Origin: Candidatus Rokuibacteriota bacterium
GTDB lineage: Bacteria > Methylomirabilota > Methylomirabilia > Rokubacteriales > CSP1-6
Assembly: GCA_016179875.1 (NCBI GenBank)
Contig: JACPCH010000021.1
Location: forward strand, 1 to 49,815
DNA: 49,815 bases
Direction: 5' to 3'
Part shown: in pieces, positions 43,507-49,815 of the stretch
How positions within the stretch are numbered: the first letter of the stretch is position 1
Layout: each line of letters opens with the position of its first letter
Notes under the pieces: model-generated
The model's database searches: none
The model's input: the letters and a program-made list of their open reading frames with translations, nothing else
Told to the model about the DNA's origin: nothing
Position numbers and translations under genes: made by a program

Positions 43507-44391
43507 TCACATCTCGATGCCGGCGGCGCCGACCTTGTACTCGACGATCTCGTCGGACATCGCGCTGCCCCGGTGCTTGACCACGCAGAGCATCCGGGCC
43601 AGGCGCGTGCCGACCCGCTCGCTGCCCATGACGAGGATCGTGTTCGCGGTCGCGCCGACGTCACCCGTGGCCACCTTGCGGGCCAGCAGATCCTCGAGCC
43701 GCGTCTCCTCCGTCGTCACCAGGAGCAGCGTCGTGATCCCGTTGTGGTCGTAGCGGTGGGCATCGATGAACGCGCGGTGCGCCCACACGGGCAGGCAGAT
43801 CTCCATGCCGAGCGTCTCGGCGTCCCGGTGGATCGTCTTCCGGTACAGCTCGTCGAACATGAAACACTGGATCGAGTCGGCCGGCGCGTCCATCGGCTCG
43901 ACGCCGTCCACCACCACGCGCCGGGTGCCGGCGGCGAAGTGGAAGTAGAAGAACGGCCGCACCGTGTAGAGCGCGTGGTTGTACATCGCCTTCCAGTTCC
44001 AGTCGAACTCGAAGCCGCCGTCGGGCGTCGGCACCTGGTAGTCGCGCACGCGGCCGACCCACGGGAGCGCGTTCGAGTAGAACGCCGCCATCTGCCCGGG
44101 CGGCGGGTACGGGTCGCTCATCGGCGTGACGGTGTGGGTCCACGGCGCGAGCGGCCACCGGAACAGGCGCGCCGCGTACGCGTCGTGCTGCTGCGAGTCG
44201 CCGCGCCCGTTCATGTCCAGCACGACGCCACGGGCGCCGTCGGCGGCCAGGCCGTGGTTCGCGAAGGTCAGGCCGAGGTGGGTCTTGCCGATGCCGGTGG
44301 CGCCGTAGGCGACGGCGAGCGTGCCGGGCAGGAGGCCGCCGCCCAGCATCGCGTCGAGCTTCGGGAGCCCGGTGGACACGCGTGCGCTCAT
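43507..44391 (-). CDS. KaiC/RecA-superfamily ATPase, single domain
   Basis: Same frame as ORF 43507..44439, trimmed to ATG 44391. GLPKLDAMLGGGLLPGTLAVAYGATGIGKTHLGL (Walker A), with an unusually long segment between Walker A and the C-terminal ...VVKHRGS... motif. Confidence 0.75.
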   Translation of the reverse strand: MSARVSTGLPKLDAMLGGGLLPGTLAVAYGATGIGKTHLGLTFANHGLAADGARGVVLDMNGRGDSQQHDAYAARLFRWPLAPWTHTVTPMSDPYPPPGQMAAFYSNALPWVGRVRDYQVPTPDGGFEFDWNWKAMYNHALYTVRPFFYFHFAAGTRRVVVDGVEPMDAPADSIQCFMFDELYRKTIHRDAETLGMEICLPVWAHRAFIDAHRYDHNGITTLLLVTTEETRLEDLLARKVATGDVGATANTILVMGSERVGTRLARMLCVVKHRGSAMSDEIVEYKVGAAGIEM

Positions 44392-44407
44392 GTCACTGGA
44401 TTCTACA

Positions 44408-45985
44408 CTAGGCGCTCCGCCCGCCCGGCGGCCCGCCACCCTTCGTCGCGAACTGGCGCTCGTAGAGCCGCCGCAGCTCCGCGAGCGTGGTCGCCTGGCC
44501 GGGGGCCTTGTCGTCGCGGATCCGCGTGACGCGGGCGAAGCGGAGGGCGAGGCCCGACGGGTACGTCGGGCTCTTCTGGATCTCGTTGTAGGCGACCTCG
44601 ACGACGACCTCGGGCCGGACGGACACCGTGTAGCCGTCGTCGGCGACGGCGAGCGCCGACAGCCGCGCCGTCATCGCGGCGAACTGGGTGTCGGTCAGGC
44701 CCTTGAAGGTCTTCCCGACGTCGGCGAACGCGCCGCCGTCGCGCACGCCCAGATGGTAGTTGGAGAGCCACCCGCGGCGCCGGCCCGAGCCGCGGTCGGC
44801 GGCGAGGATCACGCAGTCCAGCGTCTCGGCGACCTTCACCTTGAACCAGCGCTTGCCGCGGCCGCCGGGCTCGTAGGCGCTCGCCGGGTCCTTGGCCATC
44901 ACGCCCTCGTGCCCCGCGGCGAGCGCCCGCGCGAAGAACTCGCGCGCGGCCGCCGCCGACGTCACCAGCGCGCGCTCGGCCAGCCGGCGCCCGCCCGTCG
45001 CGGCGGCCAGCGCCGCCCAGCGCTCCGCGTACGGCCGGTCGATGAGCGGCCGGCCGTCGGCCATCAGACAGTCGAAGAAGTGGATCGCGAGCGGCAGCTC
45101 GCGCGCCGCCGCCTCGACCTCGTGGACGCGCCGGAAGCGCCGCATCAGCTCCTGGAACGGCAGCGGCCGGCCGGCGGCGTCGAGCGCCACCACCTCGCCG
45201 TCCAGGATGAGCGGCCCGGCCGGCAGCTCGCGCCGCGCGACCTCGACGACGTCGGGCAGGCTCCGCGTGACGTCGCTGAGGCGCCGGCTCCAGACGGCGA
45301 CGCGGTCGCCGTCCTTGTGGAGCTGGATGCGCGCGCCGTCGTACTTGTACTCGAGCGCCGTGCTGCCGCCGTGCGCGGCGAGCGCCTCGTCGAAGTCGGT
45401 GGCCAGCTCGGCGAGCATGGGCAGGAGCGGCACGCCCACGCGCGCTGTCGTCGCCTCCAGGGCGGCCGTCCCGCCGCGGGCGGCGAGCACGGCGACGGCG
45501 GCGAGGTCACCGAGGAGGAGGAAGGCGCGGCGGGCGATCGCGAGCGGCGCGCCGGCCATCAGGGCGATCGCCTCGAGCACGAGGCCCTCGGCGGCGCCCG
45601 TGCGCAGCTCGCCGGTGACGATCCGCGCGAGGATCTCGCGCTCGCGCGGCGTGGCGCGCGCCGCGAGCGCGCGCAGGCGCTCCTCGCGCGCCCGGCGGGC
45701 GCCGCCGCCACGGGCGTCGGCCGCCTCGGCGAACGCGGCGGCCACGTCGGCGAGGGTGAGCGGCGGGCCGGCGCCTCCGCCCTCCGCCGCCGGGAGCCCA
45801 CGCACGCCGAGGGTGCGCGGGTCCGACACGGGCAACGCGCGGCCCGACAGGAACGTCACCGCGTCGCCGACGGCGTCGGGCGGCAGGCTCCGGAGGTACT
45901 CCGCGAGCAGGGCGAGCTTGTCGAGCCGCCCGCGCGTGGCCTCGAGCCGGCCGGCCAGCTCGACGAGCCGGGCGAAATCGCTCAC
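44408..45985 (-). CDS. lig: ATP-dependent DNA ligase (Lig1/LigB-like, with N-terminal DNA-binding domain)
   Basis: 525 aa. Adenylation motif I EYKYDGARIQLH, motifs EGVMAK and WFKVK. GTG start. Confidence 0.9.
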   Translation of the reverse strand: MSDFARLVELAGRLEATRGRLDKLALLAEYLRSLPPDAVGDAVTFLSGRALPVSDPRTLGVRGLPAAEGGGAGPPLTLADVAAAFAEAADARGGGARRAREERLRALAARATPREREILARIVTGELRTGAAEGLVLEAIALMAGAPLAIARRAFLLLGDLAAVAVLAARGGTAALEATTARVGVPLLPMLAELATDFDEALAAHGGSTALEYKYDGARIQLHKDGDRVAVWSRRLSDVTRSLPDVVEVARRELPAGPLILDGEVVALDAAGRPLPFQELMRRFRRVHEVEAAARELPLAIHFFDCLMADGRPLIDRPYAERWAALAAATGGRRLAERALVTSAAAAREFFARALAAGHEGVMAKDPASAYEPGGRGKRWFKVKVAETLDCVILAADRGSGRRRGWLSNYHLGVRDGGAFADVGKTFKGLTDTQFAAMTARLSALAVADDGYTVSVRPEVVVEVAYNEIQKSPTYPSGLALRFARVTRIRDDKAPGQATTLAELRRLYERQFATKGGGPPGGRSA

Positions 45986-45990
45986 CCCCG

Positions 45991-46012
45991 CATTCTACGA
46001 TTCATTCTACGA
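45991..46012. repeat. tandem direct repeat CATTCTACGA x2 (period 12) in the lig / HD-GYP divergent intergenic region
   Basis: Exact 10-mers at 45991-46000 and 46003-46012, immediately upstream of a TTGACT hexamer. Confidence 0.6.
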
Positions 46013-46015
46013 GTC

Positions 46016-46045
46016 TTGACTTGGCGGGAGGCCACGCCCTACCTT
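46016..46045 (+). promoter_or_regulatory. sigma70-like promoter giving a leaderless or near-leaderless HD-GYP mRNA
   Basis: -35 TTGACT (46016-46021), 18-nt spacer, -10 TACCTT (46040-46045). The ATG at 46052 is 6 nt after the -10 and has no SD. Confidence 0.4.
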
Positions 46046-46051
46046 CGAGCT

Positions 46052-47977
46052 ATGCGTCGCCGTGTGTTCTACGACGCGTCCTCGCGCGCGGCGGCGGCCG
46101 CCGGCGCCCTCCTTCGCGACGAGTTCGACGTGAGCCCGCTCCCGGCGGGCGGCGTCCCGGCCGACGCCGGACCCACCGTGCTGCTGACCGGCCCCGGCGG
46201 CGACCCCGTCCCGCCGGTCGGCGGCCCCGGGCTGCGGGCCGTCGGCCTCGTGGACCCCGCCGCGGCCGGGCCCTGGCCGCCGGAGTGGTGGGCGCTCCTG
46301 CCCGAGGACGTGGGCCGCCCGATCCTCGCGCGCACCGTCGACAACGCGTTCGCCGACATGGACGCGGTGGTCGAGGTGGGCCGTCTCGAGCGCGAGCTCG
46401 CCGATCTGCATGCGATCGGCATCCGCCTGACCTCCGAGCGCAACCCCCGCGAGCTGCTCGAGACGATCCTGACGAAGGCGCGCGAGATCACCGCCAGCGA
46501 CGCCGGCTCGCTCTACCTCGTGAACGAGGCGCCCGACGGCGCCCGGCAGCTCCGGTTCGCGCTCGCGCAGAACGACTCGATCGACGTCACGTTCCGCGCG
46601 GCCACGCTGCCGCTCACGAGCGACAGCGTGGCGGGCCACGTCGCCCTCACCGGCGAGAGCGTGAACCTCGCCGACGCCTACGCGCCGCCGCCCGGCGCGC
46701 CCTTCCACATCAACCGCTCCTTCGACGAGCAGGCGGGCTACCGCACCAAGTCCATGCTCGTCGTGCCGATGCGCACGCCGCAGGGCGAGACGATCGGCGC
46801 GCTCCAGCTCATCAACTGCAAGCCCGACTTCGGCCTGAGGCTCCGGTCGCCCGCGGAGGCCGAGCGCGTGGTGCGGCCGTTCAGCGCGCGCCACGAACGG
46901 CTCGCGAACTCGCTCGCCTCGCAGGCGGCGGTGGCGCTCTCGAACAGCCGCCTCTACGAGTCCATCCGCCAGCTCTTCGAGGGCTTCGTGAAGGCCGCCG
47001 TCACCGCGATCGAGTCGCGCGACCCGACGACCTCCGGCCACTCCTTCCGGGTGGCGAACCTCACCGTGGGCCTCGCGAGCGTGGTGGACCGCGTGGCGAC
47101 CGGGCCCTACGGCGCGACGCGCTTCTCCGCCGACGAGATGATGGAGCTGCGCTACGCGGCGCTCCTCCACGACTTCGGCAAGGTCGGCGTGCGCGAGCAG
47201 GTGCTGGTGAAGGCCAAGAAGCTCTACCCCGGCGACCTCGAGCGGATCCGCGAGCGCGTCCAGCTCATCAAGCGGAGCCTCGAGCTGCGCTACACCGGCC
47301 GGAAGCTCGAGTACCTGCTCGCCAGGGGGCGCCGCCGCTACGGCGAGGAGGCCGCCGCCCTCGACGCCGAGCTGGCGCAATACCTGGCCGAGCTCGACGA
47401 CAGCCTCGACCGGATCGTGCTGGCCAACGAGCCCGCCGTGCTCCCGCGCGACTTCGCCGCCGAGATCGAGCGCCTGGCGCTCCGCGCGTTCGAGGACCAC
47501 CTGGGCCGGCGCCACGCGGTCATCACGCCCGAGGAGGCCGCGGTGCTGGCGATCCCGCGCGGGAGCCTCACCCCCGACGAGTACAAGGAGATCCAGTCCC
47601 ACGTGGTCCACACCTACCAGTTCCTCGCCCAGATCCCGTGGACCAAGGAGTTCCGGCGCATCCCGGAGATCGCGCGCTCGCACCACGAGAAGCTCGACGG
47701 CACCGGCTATCCCTACGGGATGAAGGGCGAGGTGATTCCCGTGCAATCGAAGATGATGACGATCGCCGACATCTACGACGCGCTGACCGCCGCCGACCGT
47801 CCCTACAAGAAGGCGGTGCCGGTCGAGACGGCGCTCGACATCTTGCAGGCGGAGCGCCGGGCCGGCCAGGTGGACGCGGCGCTCCTCGACCTCTTCCTCG
47901 AGGCGAAGGTCTACGAGCGCACGGACGACAACCCGCTCATCCAGCGAGCAGCAGAGCGACGCCGGCCCACGCAGTGA
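46052..47977 (+). CDS. GAF-domain HD-GYP phosphohydrolase (putative c-di-GMP phosphodiesterase)
   Basis: Same frame as ORF 44321..47977, trimmed to ATG 46052. GAF-like region (ASDAGSLYLV...GALQLIN), HD (LLHDFGK) and HHEKLDGTGYPYG. Confidence 0.9.
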   Translation: MRRRVFYDASSRAAAAAGALLRDEFDVSPLPAGGVPADAGPTVLLTGPGGDPVPPVGGPGLRAVGLVDPAAAGPWPPEWWALLPEDVGRPILARTVDNAFADMDAVVEVGRLERELADLHAIGIRLTSERNPRELLETILTKAREITASDAGSLYLVNEAPDGARQLRFALAQNDSIDVTFRAATLPLTSDSVAGHVALTGESVNLADAYAPPPGAPFHINRSFDEQAGYRTKSMLVVPMRTPQGETIGALQLINCKPDFGLRLRSPAEAERVVRPFSARHERLANSLASQAAVALSNSRLYESIRQLFEGFVKAAVTAIESRDPTTSGHSFRVANLTVGLASVVDRVATGPYGATRFSADEMMELRYAALLHDFGKVGVREQVLVKAKKLYPGDLERIRERVQLIKRSLELRYTGRKLEYLLARGRRRYGEEAAALDAELAQYLAELDDSLDRIVLANEPAVLPRDFAAEIERLALRAFEDHLGRRHAVITPEEAAVLAIPRGSLTPDEYKEIQSHVVHTYQFLAQIPWTKEFRRIPEIARSHHEKLDGTGYPYGMKGEVIPVQSKMMTIADIYDALTAADRPYKKAVPVETALDILQAERRAGQVDAALLDLFLEAKVYERTDDNPLIQRAAERRRPTQ

Positions 47978-48119
47978 GGGCGCCGAGCGCGACGGCGGCG
48001 CGCGCGAGCTCGCGCGCCCACCGCCGCGCGCTCTTCACGTGTTGAGTGGATCGCGCCAAAAAAAACGCGCGCGAGCTTCGCCGGTGCAGCAGCGTGTAGG
48101 TCAGCGCGTGGGTGCTCAT
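47937..48119 (-). CDS. possible 60-aa basic protein with C-terminal hydrophobic helix (hypothetical)
   Basis: AAGGAAGG 6 nt upstream of ATG 48119. Peptide MSTHALTYTLLHRRSSRAFFLARSTQHVKSARRWARELARAAVALGALTAWAGVALLLAG, with about 50 of 60 codons ending in G/C. Caveat: it contains an 18-bp perfect palindrome and overlaps the HD-GYP 3' end by 41 nt. Confidence 0.3.
   Translation of the reverse strand: MSTHALTYTLLHRRSSRAFFLARSTQHVKSARRWARELARAAVALGALTAWAGVALLLAG
48000..48017. other. 18-bp perfect GC palindrome downstream of the HD-GYP gene
   Basis: GCGCGCGAGCTCGCGCGC, 23 nt after the HD-GYP stop. Possibly a bidirectional stem-loop between convergent genes. Confidence 0.4.
48031..48046. promoter_or_regulatory. 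second LexA-box-like sequence
   Basis: CTCTTCACGTGTTGAG matches CTCAACGCGTGTTGAG of the lexA box at 13 of 16 positions (right arm identical, left arm degenerate). It lies inside the candidate small ORF. Confidence 0.3.
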
Positions 48120-48227
48120 GACCATCCTTCCTTCCCTTCGATGACGCCCGTCTCAGAGCCTGTGAACGAATCGCCTGTCGAGCCGCGTCCCGGGTCCCCC
48201 GGGGCGCGTGCAAGCGCTGGGGGGTTT

Positions 48228-48248
48228 GGGGGGCGCCCGGAGCCCCCC
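48228..48248 (-). terminator. GC hairpin just downstream of the lexA stop
   Basis: GGGGGGC-7 nt-GCCCCCC, 7 nt after the TGA, no T tract. Confidence 0.3.
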
Positions 48249-48254
48249 ATGTTC

Positions 48255-48896
48255 TCAGAAGCCGCGCAGCAGCCCGATGACCTTGCCGAGGATCTTCACG
48301 GGACGCTCGGCCGGATCCACGACGATGGGCGACATCGCCGGGTTCTCCGGCTTCAGCACGATGCGCGGGCCGTCGCGCAGGAACCGCTTCACCGTCGCCT
48401 CGCCGCCCTCCACCGAGTCCACCAGCGCGACGACGATGTCGTTGGGCTGGGCCGAGTCCTGGCGGCGGACCAGGACGAGGTCGCCGTCCACGATGTGGGC
48501 GCCGACCATGGACTGGCCGCGCACGCGGAGCGCGAAGAGGTCCTCACCGCGCCCCGGGAGCGCGCCGGCCGCGATCGGCAGCTCGCCCTCGCGGTCCTCG
48601 GTGGCCGTGGTGAGCGCGCCGGCGGCGATGCGGCCGAGGATCGGGACGGCGTGGTGTAGGGGCTGCGGCGCCCGGCCGGGCCCGGCGAGCGTGAGCGCGC
48701 GCGAGGTGCGGCCGGCGCTCGCCCGCCGCACGAGCTCCCCCTTGCGCTCGAGCGCGCGCAGGTGGTCGAACGCGGCGCGCGGTGTGATGCGGAAGCGCTG
48801 GCCGATCTCGCGCACGGTCGGCGGCACCCCGTGCTCCGCGCTGAAGGCGCGGATGAAGTCGAGGATCTCCTGCTGCCGACTCGTCAGCTCACGCAT
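48255..48896 (-). CDS. lexA: LexA repressor
   Basis: 213 aa. N-terminal wHTH (PTVREIGQRF), cleavage site RIAAGAL, and S24 peptidase Ser/Lys (RVRGQSMVGA, ATVKRF). Confidence 0.95.
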   Translation of the reverse strand: MRELTSRQQEILDFIRAFSAEHGVPPTVREIGQRFRITPRAAFDHLRALERKGELVRRASAGRTSRALTLAGPGRAPQPLHHAVPILGRIAAGALTTATEDREGELPIAAGALPGRGEDLFALRVRGQSMVGAHIVDGDLVLVRRQDSAQPNDIVVALVDSVEGGEATVKRFLRDGPRIVLKPENPAMSPIVVDPAERPVKILGKVIGLLRGF

Positions 48897-48921
48897 GGCG
48901 GCCTCCCGTGACCGCCACCAT

Positions 48922-48939
48922 ACTCAACGCGTGTTGAGT
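48922..48939. promoter_or_regulatory. LexA box (SOS operator) inside the lexA promoter
   Basis: Palindrome ACTCAAC-GCGT-GTTGAGT. On the minus strand it lies between a -35 TTGACT (48946-48941) and a -10 TATGGT (48922-48917), with GGGAGG before the ATG. Confidence 0.7.
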
Positions 48940-48998
48940 TAGTCAAGAAAAATCCAGAGCTGAGGTGATTCGACAAAGAATCAAATAGTTACACTCGG

Positions 48999-49370
48999 TC
49001 AGTCCTTCTTCAGGTTGCACTTCATCTCCTTACCGGGCTGGCCCGTGCAGCCCAGGATCTTGCGGTGGACCTTGTAGACGTAGGGGGCCTGGAACACGGT
49101 GTCCCCGAGGACGTAGAGGCATCTCACCGTGTTGTCGCTGACGCTGACGGCGGACTCCTTGAACTTCGCCGAATGCCGCAGGTTCTCGTACTCCTTGGCG
49201 ACCGGGAAGTCCGGATTGGCGCTGATCTTGTTGGTCCAGTTGAGCCTGACGTGAGTCAGATCGGGGCATTTGAACGTGTGCACCACGTAGTCGTCGGCCG
49301 CCGACGCGGGTCCTGACGCGAGCGCCGCCGCCAGCCCGCACAGGACGAGAGCGAACGTCAGAGCCTTCAT
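48999..49370 (-). CDS. secreted small Cys-containing protein (hypothetical)
   Basis: 123 aa. Signal peptide MKALTFALVLCGLAAALASGPASA, mature part with 4 Cys. AAAGGAGGGG upstream. Visibly lower GC than its neighbours. Confidence 0.7.
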   Translation of the reverse strand: MKALTFALVLCGLAAALASGPASAADDYVVHTFKCPDLTHVRLNWTNKISANPDFPVAKEYENLRHSAKFKESAVSVSDNTVRCLYVLGDTVFQAPYVYKVHRKILGCTGQPGKEMKCNLKKD

Positions 49371-49385
49371 GGGAACCCCTCCTTT

Positions 49386-49408
49386 GTCGCCGTCCGCCGG
49401 ACGGCGTC
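49386..49408 (-). terminator. hairpin between the PhyH-family gene and the secreted-protein gene
   Basis: The minus strand reads GACGCCGTCC-GGC-GGACGGCGAC (8 contiguous bp plus 1), followed by AAAGGAGG. Confidence 0.35.
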
Positions 49409-49412
49409 GTCC

Positions 49413-49815
49413 CTACTGACGACGGCCGGGCCCCCGGCCATCGAGGATTTCCGGCCCGCACACCGGGCAGCCGGCCCGCCCCTGCCCCTCGGCCTCGGCG
49501 GCGCGGTCGAACTCGACGCGCTCGGCCTCGGGGATGCGCGCCGCCCACCCGCATCCACGCCGGTGGAAGAGCCGCGCGCCACGGGCGGCCACGTACGGCG
49601 CCGGCGGGCGCGGCCGTGCGGGGCGGTAGCGGAAGTCGATCGAGAGCCGCAGGCGGTCCGTCGCGTTCTCGCACGCCGCGTGCACGGTGAGGCCATGGAA
49701 CATGACGACGTCGCCACACGCGAGGTCACCGGCCGCCCACACCGCGTCGTCGGGCACGGCGGCGCCCTCGGTCGCCACGCCGGCCGGCGGATGCGGCAGG
49801 AGCCCCCGGTGGCGC
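49413..49815 (-). CDS. phytanoyl-CoA dioxygenase (PhyH) family Fe(II)/2OG oxygenase, C-terminal part; gene runs off the right edge
   Basis: The frame is open to the window end. GDVVMFHGLTVHAACENATDRLRLSIDFRY matches the distal His / Arg region of PhyH-type oxygenases. Confidence 0.7.
   Translation of the reverse strand, partial: RHRGLLPHPPAGVATEGAAVPDDAVWAAGDLACGDVVMFHGLTVHAACENATDRLRLSIDFRYRPARPRPPAPYVAARGARLFHRRGCGWAARIPEAERVEFDRAAEAEGQGRAGCPVCGPEILDGRGPGRRQ

Noticed and set aside
44321-46051. N-terminal 577 codons of the 1218-aa plus-strand ORF 44321..47977
   Set aside because: This stretch is antisense to the DNA ligase and the KaiC-like ATPase start and has no domain signal. The GAF/HD-GYP protein begins plausibly at ATG 46052, after a promoter-like region.
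48051-48075. A8/T8 run with flanking GCGCG repeats as an intrinsic terminator
   Set aside because: On the minus strand the T8 is preceded only by alternating CGCGCG, which cannot form a proper stem-loop. On the plus strand the run is A8, not T8. It is therefore not a canonical terminator.

Overview
About 50 kb of very GC-rich bacterial chromosome, densely packed with about 56 protein genes and one tRNA, mostly on the minus strand. Many neighbouring genes have overlapping stop/start codons (ATGA/GTGA). No rRNA, CRISPR array, transposase, integrase or phage genes were seen. Blocks: (1) 1-16.4 kb is a TetR-led minus-strand operon of at least 17 genes for anaerobic-type aromatic acyl-CoA metabolism. 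It holds benzoyl-CoA-reductase-like B/C subunits, a three-subunit membrane molybdoenzyme with no Tat signal, two BcrA/D-type ATPases, a GNAT, a Liv-type ABC transporter, a PaaK-type ligase, a crotonase and an SDR. (2) 16.5-20 kb holds a P-type ATPase, a coupled micro-ORF and a beta-hydroxyacid dehydrogenase. (3) 20.5-24.8 kb is a plus-strand Rrf2-led aa3-type cytochrome c oxidase operon with an extra subunit-III paralog. (4) 24.8-37.3 kb is a minus-strand island headed by a histidine kinase and a sigma54 activator (bEBP). Downstream I read three sigma54 -24/-12 promoters. They drive three USPs, an APH-like kinase, a tandem-duplicated P-loop kinase, a CBS protein and a CheY; then a leader ORF, a methyltransferase, two paralogous Cys-rich CPFL proteins, citrate synthase and a radical SAM/SPASM enzyme; then a third CPFL mini-ORF and a PAS-LuxR regulator. 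(5) 37.4-46 kb holds a two-subunit XDH-family molybdoenzyme, tRNA-Gly(CCC), a family-5 solute-binding protein, a CCA-adding enzyme, a KaiC-like ATPase and an ATP-dependent DNA ligase. (6) 46-49.8 kb holds a GAF/HD-GYP protein, lexA with a palindromic box, a possible small membrane ORF, a lower-GC secreted Cys protein and a partial PhyH-family oxygenase. The best novelty candidates are the sigma54-controlled CPFL / radical SAM / citrate synthase operon and the benzoyl-CoA-reductase-like enzyme interleaved with a membrane molybdoenzyme. All functional calls rest on motifs I recognise by eye. No database search was run.
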